Shown here: piece by piece, positions 13,606 to 26,780 of the stretch
Position numbering within the stretch: the first letter of the stretch is position 1
Layout: the number at the start of each line of letters is the position of its first letter
Source of the DNA: Felis catus
Taxonomy: Eukaryota
Direction: 5' to 3'
DNA: 64,000 bases
Assembly: GCF_018350175.1 (NCBI RefSeq)
Contig: NC_058373.1
Location: 108,750,001 to 108,814,000, forward strand
Notes under the pieces: model-generated
The model's database searches: none
The model's input: the letters and a program-made list of their open reading frames with translations, nothing else
Told to the model about the DNA's origin: nothing
Made by a program: the position numbers and the translations under genes

Positions 13606-14112
13606 TGTTGTATTTATTGTAAGACCTAAAATTTCATGTGTTGCCTTGGTATCTTTGAGCCTCTAGGGACCTAAAGACCTAGCTATGAGTTCTTTTGACA
13701 CACATGCCCTTCTGTATAGTGGGAAAAGCTTTCCATCCAGCGATTTCCCTATCAGTCGGTCCAGCTGCAACCCATCCAGTCCTCAACTTAATGAGTTTCA
13801 CCTCCCTGACAACCTGTGAAATTACCTAAACAAGCCAATCCCATCCTCCTGTAGGAAGCAAAAATCATCTACCCTGCAAAGCCTGCCTTCCACAGTCCGT
13901 GGTGGCTCACCGTGTTTCCATGCACAGCTCTGATGTGGCCTTGCATGGAATTTGATATTTTCCCTCTCCAGGTTGTGAGTCTACATTGTAGACTAATAAA
14001 CTACTGCAAATCTCATCTCTTCAGTACCAAGTGTTACATGTTCATCATCTCATACTATTTAGGGCAGAAGATCTTTTTTCACCAGTGGAGTGGATAGAAA
14101 GTGATTGGAATA
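13606..14112 (+). mobile_element. Solo LTR (MER74/MER73-like ERVL) inserted in the ERV integrase
   Basis: aaacaagccaatcccatcctcctg, aaagcctgccttccacag and AATAAA near 13995; interrupts the IN reading; ends approximate. Confidence 0.7.
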
Positions 14113-15498
14113 TGTGGGACTTCCAGTTACCAATTCATAGGGAGATAACTGTGTGCTTTTGAAGGCCATTAGAGGTACTGGAAGTACCTTTGCTAAGGCA
14201 GCTCAAGGGTTTTTGAGCATTTGCCTAATTTTAGTTTAAGGATGTCATTGGTTATTTCAATCTTTCCAGAAGATTGTGGTTGATACAACAACAAAAGAAT
14301 ATTAGGTCTAGATTCAGAATATGAGTCTCTAATCAAACTGAGGATGTAACGTAATCCTAACTAAGGTAAGGTGACCATAAGGTTCCCTGATTCTGGTGGA
14401 GATAGAAGAGCGGATTCACATAGTGCAGCAATGGATGTGATGAGAGAGAGTAACAGAATTTCATAAGAAGTTAATTGTCTGGATGAAAATGTTGTGTACC
14501 CTCAGAAGTGATATCTACATCACACAAAGAACCATTAGATCAGGTGGTAGACCCAAAACTAAGTAGAAGGATCAACATGTTTTACAGCAGAAGCTATTGC
14601 TCTAAGAAAAGGGGGCCTTTGCAAATGGGCCAAAGGTGAGGCCACAGTGATGGGCTTTTGGTGGTTTTCATGAGCAAAACCCTTCAGAAATTGTCTGGTT
14701 GGCTCATGCACAAGTAGACAAAAGGTCTTTTAGTACTTAGGGATGCCTAGCGAAGGAGGCTTTTAAGACTTTTCAGGTTACAGAAGGCCTGTTTATACTT
14801 GGGCTCCCAGAGCAGAGGGTCTCTCACTGAGGACTTAGTTAATAAAGAAGTTGTACAATCCCAAGAAAATTTGGCATCCACTGGTTGCAATATCCACCTA
14901 AACCTAGAGATCCTCTCAATTGATGTTTTACAAAGGAACTAGGAAAAGTTTTGATACTCTAGTTTATTAGGAGAGATTAACTTTCCACATGAGATGGGTC
15001 ATGCCTGAACTAATAGATGGAGGTTTGATATAATTCATCTTTTGAAACTTTGTCTTTTTCCTGCTACAGCTCAGAGCAAGTAAATGGAATCCTTTTTAGA
15101 GGCTTCTTTTTTTTTCCTAAACAAAGTGGGGGATTCCATTTACATATTTATCAGCATTGAATTACAAGGGAAACTTAGATAGCTTTTAAGTCTCAATTGA
15201 GGAGCTGGGGAATTGAGGAGCTGGGGAAGTATTTTTTTGTCCTATGTGAGGTGAAGAAAGGTGTTGACTGTTCTGTTCTAAGGGCACACAGAGCGAGGAT
15301 CAGTTAACTACAGTGACACAAGTGGCTTTACGTGGAATTGATGACAGATGTTTATTTGGGTTAGGCACTACTGGAAATTGAGGGATAATAATTTTGTTGG
15401 TGGCTCTGAGATCTCAGAAAAGTCAATTTCCTCATCCCTTTGGTTTCTTGAAGAATGGGAGTGTTATAAGGACTTGTGGAAGGTCTGAGAAGACCTTT

Positions 15499-16379
15499 AA
15501 AATTTTTTTTGAGTATAGCTTACACACAATGTTGCAGGTGTACAACATAGTGATTCATCTTTTCTATACTTTGTGTTATGTTCATCACAAGTTTATATAC
15601 CATCTGTCACCATACCACATTGTGACAGTACCACTCACTATATTCCCTATGCTGTGCCTTTTATTTCTGTGACCTGTGCACTCTGTGATTGGAAGCCTGT
15701 ATCTCCTACTATCCTTCACCTGTTTTCCCCATCCCCCCATCTCTCTGGCCTCTGGCAACCATCAATTTGTTTATATTTATAGGTCTGATTCTGCTTTTTC
15801 GTTTATTCATTTTTTTAGACTCCACATGAGTGAAATCATATGGTATTTGTCTTTCTCTGACTTACTTCATTTAGCATAATACCCTCTAGGTCCATCTATG
15901 TTGTTGAAAATGACACAATCTCGGGGCGCCTGGTTGGCGCAGTCGGTTAAGCGTCCGACTTCAGCCAGGTCATGATCTTGCGGTCTGTGAGTTCGAGCCC
16001 GGCATCGGGCTCTGGGCTGATGGCTCGGAGCCTGGAGCCTGTTTCCGATTCTGTGTCTCCCTCTCTCTCTGCCCCTCGCCCGTTCATGCTCTGTCTCTCT
16101 CTGTCCCAAAATTAAAATAAACGTTGAAAAAAAAATTAAAAAAAAAAGAAAATGACACAATCTCATACTTTCTTTAAGGCTACAGGCTCCATAATATTGC
16201 ATTGTGATTGTGTATACACACACACACACACACACATACACACATACTACATTCTTCTGACAGTAGGACCTTAGGTTGCTTCCATATCTTGGATATGGTA
16301 AATAATGCCGCAATAAATATGGGGGTGCATATATCTTTTTGAATTAGTGTTTTCATTTTCTTTGGGTACATACTCAGGT
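15499..16379 (-). mobile_element. 5'-truncated carnivore L1 3' end inserted in ERV RT
   Basis: Antisense ORF2 C-terminus (YPKKMKTLIQKDICTPIFIAALFTI) plus 3'UTR; degenerate TSD agaagaccttt/agaaggccttc. Confidence 0.9.
15923..16147 (+). mobile_element. Young SINEC_Fc
   Basis: ggggcgcctggttggcgcagtcggttaagcg head; perfect 17-bp TSD gaaaatgacacaatctc (15906-15922, 16148-16164). Confidence 0.97.
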
Positions 16380-17630
16380 AGAAGGCCTTCAGCTATATGT
16401 GTCTTTCCTTTCTTCTGGCTTTAAGGAATATTGAGGAATTTTATGTAACAACGTGGTGGGATCTATATGAACTTTAATAGGTTTTTCTGTGATTAGTTTT
16501 CCTGTGTCAGTGGAATTTTTAGCTGATAAAGTGAGATATTTATTCTTGATATGCATCAAGTAAAATGGAGCAGGCAAAGATATATTCAGAACAGATACAA
16601 GTTGATTATGAATGGAAGAGTTCTCTGAAACTCCAGAAATAGGCCCTTTGGTGTGCATTTAGTAATACAGCTCTATTTGCAAAACAAGTCTCTCCCTATT
16701 AAATTTGCAGGTGTGGTATCACAAAGCAGGAAGAAATGTTTTTCAATCAAGGTCTGCAGTGTTAGAATTAAGGACTAGAAAACAGAGAAAATCTATGGGT
16801 TATTTGAAATACCTGATATCTGTTTAGTATGTTTACTCCTAGGAAGAGGCTGAATAAAGGTGTTACGGTTTAGTACAGAAAGAGTAACACTTGTCTCTAC
16901 CAGTAATTGATTAGGTTGACTATTTATATTCATACTTAATTCACTTTGATTGTTTAAGTGTTAGAACATTGGTTGGTTTTTTTCTTCCTCAGAGCACCTT
17001 CATTGATCTAAATGGAGGGGTTTTGTTTTGGTTTGTTTTTTCTTTAGTCAGATGGAACAATCTCTTTTTTTAGTGTCCCTTTTCTTTACAATGTCTACAA
17101 GTGTCCTTGTCAATAGGTGGTTGGTTGAGAATTGGGCCACCTAAGTGTTTGATCTGCAGGGCCATAAGATTATTTTGGGTGCTGTCTTGTTTTTGTTCTA
17201 AAGTCCTTTCAAAATGTTCTGCCAGGTGTTGTGTGTGAAGTAGCATACTGAGTGTAATACAAAGATAAATGAGCAAATATAAAATGAACAAGATATCATC
17301 TCTGTTTTTCAGGACTTTAATATCTAAATAGATGCATATCTAAAACTTAATTTGGGTTCAGATTTCTTTACTAAGCTTTTTTAAATTCAAGGAAATGCAG
17401 AATGGATAGATTTGTACCTTGTTAGCTTTTAAGCCATTAGACTGGGCTTAAAATGTGGCCAGCCACCGTGATCTGAAACCAAAAAACCAAACCATACTTT
17501 TAATATAAATGAGCATGTAATTCGTATAAAACTACCTTAGTGGGACCATAATGTGTGCACACTCAAATGCACCAGTGTTCTATATATATTTTTGAACAAG
17601 GTATCTCATGCCTTGGGCCCTCCTTTATTT

Positions 17631-17845
17631 CAGTGGTTCACATCCAAAGGTGACTTGCTCCACAGGGGACATTTGGAAATTTCTGGAGACATTTTTGGTT
17701 ACCACAACTGGGAGTTGGCATATGGGTTGCTAGTGACATCTGGAAGGTAGAGACCTGGGATTCTATAACACATAGGACACCCTCTTCCCAACAATGAATT
17801 ATCCAGCCCAAAATGTCAATTGTGCTGTGGGTTAAAAAAACCCTT
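17631..17845 (+). mobile_element. MER20 hAT-Charlie DNA transposon
   Basis: cagtggtt...caggggacatttgg...ctggagacatttttggtt...gaattatccagcccaaaatgtcaat; 8-bp TSD ctttattt on both sides. Confidence 0.92.
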
Positions 17846-18763
17846 CTTTATTTAGAAAAAGTGATGGAATTCTGAGAAATCCCTCAATACTTATTTGCTA
17901 TCTGCTTGCTAATGCTAGAAGGATATAGTTTGTGAGTTATTTTCATCTCATGCAATTTAGAATAGCGGTTGGGTTTGGTGGGCTAGAAGGATCAGGGGCA
18001 GTATGGAGTGGGAAGATGGAAAGGACTTTAGCACTAATTTATTAACAGAGAGATTTAATTCTTTGAAATAGAGAAGAGCTACTCAGCAAGACCCAGGTTA
18101 CCATGGGAGCACATGGCTTCAATCACTGCTGATTAATTTCCAGCAATTAGAAAGAAGGGTGAGCCTTGCCTTAAATCTCTTGTCAAGACCAAGAGAAACA
18201 GCATCCAGTGAATCATTTTAAGAAACAGAGTCTGACACAGTCAATTTGAAAACTTGGAATTTGTTTTAATTTCATGCCTGGATCAGAAATGGCAGTGCTG
18301 TGACTGTACAGTATGAGAGCCCCCCTTTCCATATGCTGATGATAAAGTGATTACTGTTGGTGTCACCGGACCATCTGCTCCTGGAATTTCAGACTGCTAA
18401 GGTGAAATTGGCTTAGAGCTGCATCAAGGATACTAGAGACTGTTTTTTCTTTTTCATTTTTGTAGTGTGCTCTTCATGTTTATTTTAAGCTGCTGAGAAA
18501 GTAGAAAATATTCATGCTAGATTTTCAGTGCCTCTTTGCTGTCTATATTTGTAACACATAGTCAGATCCCGATATATGTGTACATCTTTGGTGCTAAAAA
18601 AATGTTTTATTTTTTGTTCAAAATTTTCAACAATGCCAGAAATAAAACACCCACAATACCAATATATCTTTAATCAAATGTATTCATTTTTAATATTTCA
18701 GTTCAGCATTGTTTATACAAATACATGGTGGTGTACAATTTTGTGTTAATTCTTTGACACTTC

Positions 18764-18918
18764 TTATAAGAAATTATTCTGTTTTTCCTTAGTTTTTATA
18801 ATTAGTACTTTATCCCTGAGGTTTTTCTGAAGTAAATTTTTTGAATTTTCAGGAGAAATGAAATCTTGGTTGGAGAACATATTGTTTGCTACAAACTTGG
18901 CTACCTGGATCACCTTTC
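18764..18918 (-). other. Candidate terminal coding exon (KVIQVAKF...KQNNFL*)
   Basis: Acceptor gtcttgccctcgctcag, 50 open codons to TAA, minus-strand AATAAA about 155 nt downstream; no homology recognised. Confidence 0.3.
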
Positions 18919-19689
18919 CTGAGCGAGGGCAAGACCCAGTCTGGTGCTTTATCCCACAGTACCGTTTACCTCTGCACATCCCAACATGACCTGTGAGGTT
19001 ATGTTAACCAGAGAAAACTGTTTTTGTTAACATACTATATAATTCCTATAGTTTCTTAGAAACAACTATATATTCAATATTTTGTGGCAGACCCTATGCT
19101 CATGAACAAGAGTAAACATGAACAAGAGGTGTGCACAATTCCTACTGTCTTGCTCACACGTTAGTGGGACAATGTTAGGAGTGGGGGTGATAAACAGTGT
19201 GCTTTGAGAGAATGCAAGGGGATGTTCAGGAGAACGGGGAGCAGTCTCTCACCTTACTCTCAGAACATAGAAAAGGTCATGATAACTGGGTCTGAACCTG
19301 CAAGCCCTGCCATCACTTTTCAACTCTATTCTAATTATACCATTGGAAAATAGAATGTATTTTGGGTTTTCATTTTGTTACATTCCTACTATCTGCAAAA
19401 TTGCTCCCTCAGTTTCTTCTCATCCCACGTCCTTAAAAAAGACCAGATATTTAGTGTTCCCATCATAGACTTCTGGTAAAGAACCTGGTCTGGAATTCTG
19501 ATGATCTGTTACATCTAATAAACCAATTGGAGATTCAGAGGTAACAGAACATTAATTCAAACTTCAGAATTCTAAGTATGCAGCTGAAAAGTTTTCTTAG
19601 GAAAAACCTGTCCCACAACTGGAATATTTACTTACAAATATTTAGAGTGCTTGGTTTTGTCAGTCATTGAAGCATATCCAAAAGACTAG

Positions 19690-19994
19690 GACAGATGCCT
19701 CTGGTGCCCCAATTACAGCCCTTTAACCACCTTCTGATTTCAGCCACAGCATCTGTTTAGATTAACTTCATGCTGACAGCATCCCATCTTGGGTGCTCAG
19801 TGAATTTTTGCTGCTGCACAGCCTTTCTGAAGCCATGGGATTCTGCTTCTCCTCCTCCCTTGTCTTATTCTCCCCACATCCTCACTCTCCTTTCCTGGGA
19901 TCCATCCTCCCCAACCCCTTATCCCCCACCAAACCCTGCTGGCACCAAGTTTTAGTCTCAGGCTCTGCTTTCAGAAGGAACCCAAACCAAGATA
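19690..19994 (+). mobile_element. LTR33-like ERVL solo LTR
   Basis: cagatgcctctggtgcccc...tctgatttcagccacagc start and gtctcaggctctgctttc...ggaacccaaaccaagata end. Confidence 0.65.
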
Positions 19995-22299
19995 GTTCTT
20001 AACCTGGAATCTCATTGTTTGCTTGCTTGTATGAAAGCAACGCAATTATAAAATTATTTAATGTATTTAAGGTTCAGAATTTTTCCTAGCTTCAGCCTGA
20101 CCTTATCCAAATTTAATTATGTAAGTTGGTGATATACTTGATTTGCTACTTAATAGAATTTATAGGAAGAAAACCTGTTTGTTTTGTTTTTGTTTTTTCC
20201 TTGTCATGCCTTACACAGACTCTTACTCTTTACTTACTTGGAGACATGAAGCTGATTTTAGTTAGGGCTTTCGTCGTCAATGAAGATCATCTGTTTTTTG
20301 TTTTTTGTTTTGTTTTATTTTGTTTTTTAGTGGAAATAGTAGTGAAGTGATGCTCATTAAATTTGACACTTTATCAAAGTGATTCTCCATCTGACCAGAT
20401 GCCCTTCATAAGGCAACTGCACTGTTAGGATTTATGGTAATGGATTCAAAGTGAATGTTCAAACACCATTCTCTAGGGGTAATATGAACTGCATCTGAAG
20501 TTCAAAGACTCTAATACCCAAGACAAATTTGAAATTTCTAAGCCTTTTTCCTAAGTTATAGCTGCCTTTGCTGGTCTTCAAGTAAAAAGGAAATATACAA
20601 AGTTTCTTATATGGCCATAGTATGTTATTTTCAATCAGGGACATCTTTGAACTTGAACTGATACATAAATGAAATTGGACTTTGCCCTTCACATCTCTAC
20701 AGGGCCTTTTCTGTTTGCATGATTCCCATATAATTTAATTGCCAGGGACTCCCAGTCCCACCAGAAGCTCAGAGAAGTTCCACATTAGATTAGTTAGTAT
20801 CTCTAATCAGTTCTGACATGTTTATGTGATACTCTTAAGGTGCTTGCACTATAAAATATTGTCTCCTAAAGTCCCATTAAGATAGCTTCACTGTAAGCAC
20901 TGGAATGACTAAAATTCAGTAGAATTTACCCAGAAGTTTCCATGCCAGCTGAGTCTATCAATTGTGCACAATATAATGCGGTATGAGTTAAGGATAGGCT
21001 TTATTGGGAAGGTGGAAATTCATGTGAATTGAGAATAAGTAGGAGAAAAAAGGGTGAGTCCCCCTTTCCCAACTCCATCCTCACATCATCTCACACTGAA
21101 GCATTTTGAGATGAGACTTCAGTAGGTGCTGATTTGTGATTCTGTCCCACGGGATGAGACCTTCTTCCTCCAACAATTGATCGCTGTGTGCAAGCATAAT
21201 AGCAACCTTGTTGGGATCAGGTAGATAGCTCGATGTAAGAAGTTTGGGTTTTGAAGTATTGAGTTTTACAGTAGACTGTAACTACATAACACCTGGAGAC
21301 CTTCAGGCCGATGGGAAATTGTAATCACCTTTCTGAGAGGAGAAGACCACAGGCCTGTGGAAAGCTGAGTTTGGGTGGATCCCCTCAGATTAGGAGCAGG
21401 GACAATTCAGACTCTGTTAGCCCTTTGTCCAGGCCGTCTAGGGTCTCTCACAGGGTGGCTTTTGGACAATTCTGTTTTATCAGGCTTACCAGAAGAGCTA
21501 GATCAAAGAAGAGAAAAAAGGTCTGCCTCTAATTGGAAAGGTGTTCTTCCTTACCAACCAGTGGTTAGGGCACTTGTTTACCTTAGCCAGTTCAAGGCAA
21601 CAACTGTCATAGTTAAACTGTCATAACTAATTTTGCATACCCCTACCATAACCAGTATCTTGTATCTGAAGTCTGCTTTGTCTGTCACTAACATAGCTCT
21701 TTCAGCTTTTTCCTTTTTTCCTAATACTGATTGCATGACACATTTCTCTTCACCCTTTGACTTTTAATCTATCTATGCTTTTGTGGGTTTCATGTAAAGA
21801 GCATATGGTTTGGTCTTTTTAAATTCCATCTGGTGAGATTTTTCTTATAATTGGTGTGTTTAGACCATTCACATTTAGAGTAATTATTGACATATTTGGA
21901 TTAAAACATACCATATTGCCAGCTGTTTTCCTATTTTCTATTCCATCTGGTTTTTTTCCTGTCCTGTCTTGGGAACTGAACATTTTTTAAAATTCAATTT
22001 TATCTCCTTTATGAACTCATAATTTTACCTCTTTTTTTAGTTTTAGTGGTTGCCCTAGGGTTTATACTATACATTTTTAATTAATCTGAGTCTATCTTCA
22101 AATAATCTAAGTCCCCTTCAAGTATAAGGAATTTATAACACTGTATTCCCAATTCCTCCCTCCCATCCTTTGTGCTACTGTTTTACATATATTACTTTTG
22201 CATAAGTTATATAATACATTATTACTCGTTTAAACAGTTACTTTTTAGAGCAATTATAAATTTGAAATTGTTTTTATTTTATGTAATATTCCATTTATT

Positions 22300-22511
22300 T
22301 TTTAGTGTTTATTCTTTTTTTGTTTGGTTTGGTAGGGGTAGAAGAGAGAGTTGGGGAGGGGCAGAGAGAGAGGGAGACACAGAATCTGAAGCAAACTCCA
22401 GGCTCTGAGCTGTTGGCACAGAGCCCAATGTGAGGCTCGAACTCAGGAACTGTGAGATCATGACCTGAACCAAAGTCCAATACTTAACCAACTGAGCCAC
22501 CCAGGTGCCCC
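22300..22511 (-). mobile_element. CanSINE
   Basis: ggggcagagagagagggagacacagaatctgaagc...ccacccaggtgcccc. Confidence 0.92.
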
Positions 22512-23087
22512 TCTTATTCCATGTATAATATTCGTCATTTCTTTGTGAAGATCCATTTTTCTAACTGATCCAAGTTCTTTTGCTTGAAGAAATTCTTTTA
22601 AACTTTCTTATAGAGTAAGTCTGTTGTCAGTAAATTTCCAGTCTTTGTTTTGCTGAGTAAGTTTTTATTTCTCATTTATTTTTGAAATGTATATTTTTGC
22701 TAGTCTAGAATCCTGAGTTGACAGGTTTTTTTATCTTTAAAAGCACTTGAAAGAGCCTCCATGTCTTTTTGATTACATGGTTTCTGACAATAAATTTACT
22801 GTAATCTTCATTCTTATTCTTATGTAGGAAATATGTCTTTGTTTTGTATCTGCTTTCAAGGTTCTCTCTTTGTCTTTGGTTTTTGTAAGTTTGAATAGTT
22901 TCTTGGTTTTGGTCATCTGAGCTTCTTGGATCTGTAGTTTGATATATGTCATAATTTTGAAAGATTCTTGGCCATTATTTCTTCAAATATTTCTCCTGAC
23001 CTGTCTCTGTTCTTTCTGGAATTTCAATTCCCTGTATGTTTAAGATCTTTTGATACTGTCCCACAGCACTTGACTATTCTGCTTTTT

Positions 23088-23300
23088 TTTTTTTTTTCAA
23101 CGTTTATTTATTTTTGGGACAGAGAGAGACAGAGCATGAACGGGGGAGGGGCAGAGAGAGAGGGAGACACAGAATCGGAAACAGGCTCCAGGCTCTGAGC
23201 CATCAGCCCAGAGCCTGACGCGGGGCTCGAACTCACGGACCGCGAGATCGTGACCTGGCTGAAGTCGGACGCTTAACCGACTGCGCCACCCAGGCGCCCC
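23088..23300 (-). mobile_element. Young SINEC_Fc (CpG-rich)
   Basis: Near-consensus sequence; TSD actattctgcttttt. Confidence 0.97.
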
Positions 23301-24799
23301 TACTATTCTGCTTTTTTAATTCCTTGTTTTCCTTTTCCTTTTTTTTATTTTAGCTTGAGTTGTTTCTACTGACTTCAGTTTCACTGGTTCTTTCTTGACT
23401 GCTGATTCTACTCATGAGCCTTCAAAAGGCATTCTTTATCTCTGTCAATTTCTTTTCCATTTTTAGTAATAGTTATTCCATTTGATTCTATCTTAGATTC
23501 CATCACTCTGCTAAATATGATATTACATGTTGTCTTCCTTTTCAGGTAGATCTTTCAACATATTAATCATAGTTATTTTACATTCCCTGTTTGAAATTTG
23601 TGTCATCTGAGGTACGTTTTAATGAATACTTTGTCTCTTAGGGGTGTGTTTTTCTTGCCTTTATGCATCATAATTTTTTTTGAAAGCTGGACATCTTATA
23701 TAGGAAAGTAGATCCTGAGAGAAGTACTTTTCATTCCTGAAGATGAGCATATCTTACCTTCTGCTAGACTTCAGTGGTTTGTGTTAATCCAGATGGCCGT
23801 TAGTCCGGGTTTGAGGTTTTCGGTTGTTGTGGTTATCACAGACTTCATTTTTCTAGGGATACTACCTTGTCTTTAGGCTGTGGGGTGCTTTTTAGGAGAT
23901 TATTTTCTCATATCTGCTTACCCTTTGTGTCTTCACTTTGTGCTGTGCCCTAGAGAGAATCTGTTTCTTGATGCTTTCCCATCTGTATTCCATTGTTACT
24001 TTATTTTTCCTAGTCTACTGGCAGAGAATAGAACAGCGGAGACTTCTCTGATGTTCTCATTGAGCCTTGTCTCCTGCAATCTTCGTGTCCCTCTGTTTTG
24101 GGTTCGTGCATTTCCAAGTGCTCCTCACTTTCTCTGAGGTCCAGTCCTGGATCTAGCATGTATTTCTGTCCTTTCCTCAATGGTTGAGCTTTCTCTTTTA
24201 TTTTCTTCTCTTCTACTAACTTAAGTGGATTTTTACCAGTGCCCTACTATAGTTCTTGTTGCCCTTTCCCCTGTAGATTAAGGCTTTTGTACCACAGGAG
24301 AGATGGGAGAAATTAGTCTGGGAAATGTTTAATCAGTTGTTGCTATTCTTTCTCAGCACCAGGACAGAAGCTTTCTCAGAATTCTTTCATATTTTCCCCT
24401 TGTCTGTTTCGTGGAATTCATGGAGAATAAACCTGCAAGTGAGTGTTAAGCCTCCCATGTCTGCTTCATATTCTTACCATAGCCTACAACTGGCATTTGG
24501 TGATCCATTTAAATTTTTACTTGAATTCTTTTACCTGGATTATCTGGTGTTTGAGCATATCTGCCTCAGGTGAATAAATACTGAGGTCCTATTTCTCCTG
24601 CAGATGTTTTTCTTTCTCCACATTTTTGGTTATTTTGATCTGTAAGATTAATTCTCTAATGTGTTCAAAACAAGTTGTTTATTAGCAGTTTTGTCCAGCT
24701 TTTTATTTGTTATAAGTGTAGGAGCAATGCTCTTTCCAGCTGTCCATATCTCTGAGCTGGAGCTGGAATCACTAATGTCTGTTGGAAAGTAGTGCTTAA

Positions 24800-26534
24800 A
24801 GGTTTCCCCAATTCATGTATTGGAAGACTCAACATAGAAAAGATGTCAGTTTCCAGCAAACTGATCTATGGACTTATGTAATTTCTCTTAAAATACCACT
24901 AAGGATATATTATTTTATTTTTGTTATTAAATTAATTTATTTATTTTGAGAGAGACAGAGAAAACAAACGGGGGAGAGGGACAGATGGAAAGAGAGAGAT
25001 AATCCCAAGTAGGCTCCATTCTCAGCATGGGGCCTGAATAGGGCTGATCCCATGACCCTGGGATCATGGCCTGAGCTGAAATCAAGAGTCGGATGCTCAA
25101 CCAACTGAGCCACCCAGGTGCCCCTACCAGTAAGGGTATTTTAGACATAGTGTAAGCTTATTCTAAAACTTGTATGGAATGACAAAAGACAAGAGTATCT
25201 AAAACAATTTTGAAAAAGAATAAAGAAGCAATCACTCTATGCAATATTAATGCTTACTATATAGCTACATCACTCTAGAGAATGTGATATTGGCAGAGAG
25301 ACACAGGTCAATGGAACAGAATAGAGAACTCAGAAGTAAACCCACACAAATATGCCCAACTGATTTTTTTTTTTTTTTACAAAGACACAAAAGCAACTCA
25401 ATAGAGTATAGATAGACTTTTTGACAAATGGTACTGGAATAATTGAATATCCATAGGGGGAGAAAAATAACCTCTTCCTACATGTCATACCTTATGCAAA
25501 AATTAACTCAAAATGGATCATGGTTTAAAATGTAAAATGTAAAACTAAAATCTTATAGAAAAAAATAGGATAATCTTTAGGCCCTGAGGCTTGCCAAAAA
25601 TTTTTGTATATAACAACAAAGAACAACTCATTAAGGACAAATTGACAAATTGGGCCTCAGTGAAGTATGACGACTTGTTCTGTGAAAGAAATGGCAAAGA
25701 GGAGGAGGAAATAAGGTACAGACTCAAAGAAAATGTTTTTAAATCACCTAAGAAAGGTCTTGTATCTAGGTTATTAAAAGAATTCTCAAAACTCAACAGC
25801 AAAAAAAACAATTCTATCTAAAAAAGGGCAAAAGGTATAAACAGACATTCTATTAGTTGTATGCAAACAAATAAGTACATAAAAAGGTTTTGAGCATTAT
25901 TAGCCATTAGGGAAATGCAAATTAAAATCACAAGTTATCACTAGACAGTAAGTGGCCAAAATGGAATGGCTATTGGAATGACTAAAATAAAGAGTAATGA
26001 TACCAGGTTATATCAAATACAAGAATTTGTAGAAACTGGATTGTATATGGCTTTTGTAAATGTAAAATTATACAGTTATTCTGTAAAATAGTTTGACAGT
26101 TTCTTATAAAAGTAAATATGCATTCACCGTATGACACAACAATTGTACCTCTGGGCAATTATCTAAAATGAAAACGTTTGTTCACACAAAACCCTGTATT
26201 TGAATGTTCAAAGTATCTTATTCCTGATAGATACCAATGATAAGGAATGGATTATTGATATATGCAACAACCTGGGTCAATCTCCAGGATATTATGCTGA
26301 ATTCAAAAGCCAGTCTCAAAAGGTGATATACACTGTATGATTCCATTTATATATCATTATAGAAATTATAAAATTATGGATGTGGAGAACATGATAGTGA
26401 TTCCCAGGTGATAGGAATGGGATGGGAGTTTGGTGTGGCCTAAAAGAATAATGAGGGAGCCTTTTGTAACGGAACAATTTTGTATCTTAACTGTGGTGGG
26501 TACACAAAATTACACATGTGACAAAATTGCATAG

Positions 26535-26579
<45 letters not shown>

Positions 26580-26780
26580 TGGATGCATGTAAAACTGTTG
26601 AAATCTGAATAAAATTGGCGGATTGTGCCAATGTCAGTATCCTCATTTTGATATTGCAAGATAGGTATGCAAGTTGTTAGGACTGGGAGAGTTAGGTCAA
26701 GGATACCCAGGATCTCTTTGTACGTTTTTTTTTTGAAACTTACTATGAATCCATAATTATTGGAAAATTACAACTTTAAG
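24800..26780 (+). mobile_element. Ancient L1M ORF2 3' part and 3'UTR
   Basis: gtattggaagactcaacat, caatggaacagaatagagaac, aaaattaactcaaaatggatca; (CA)n at about 26539. Confidence 0.8.
24925..25123 (-). mobile_element. CanSINE (older subfamily)
   Basis: Antisense head ...gagccacccaggtgcccc; degenerate TSD accactaaggatat/accagtaagggtat. Confidence 0.9.

Larger units (their letters stand above)
11697..17235 (-). mobile_element. Decayed gamma-type (ERV1) provirus internal region: gag C-terminus, pro, pol, env; 5' truncated
   Basis: NC knuckle CRHCKEKGH, protease LLVETS (for LVDTG), RT SPYNTPIL/DLRATNK/QLRGSLGLGGYC, IN YQPQSSG and LQPGD, env motifs. Confidence 0.92.
21640..24770 (-). mobile_element. 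Ancient L1M 5' portion (ORF2 start, ORF1, 5'UTR)
   Basis: Antisense motifs ttagaccattcacatttagagtaattattga, ggccattatttcttcaaatat; very diverged. Confidence 0.7.

Noticed and set aside
15923..16000. tRNA-like sequences
   Set aside because: Heads of CanSINEs, not tRNA genes
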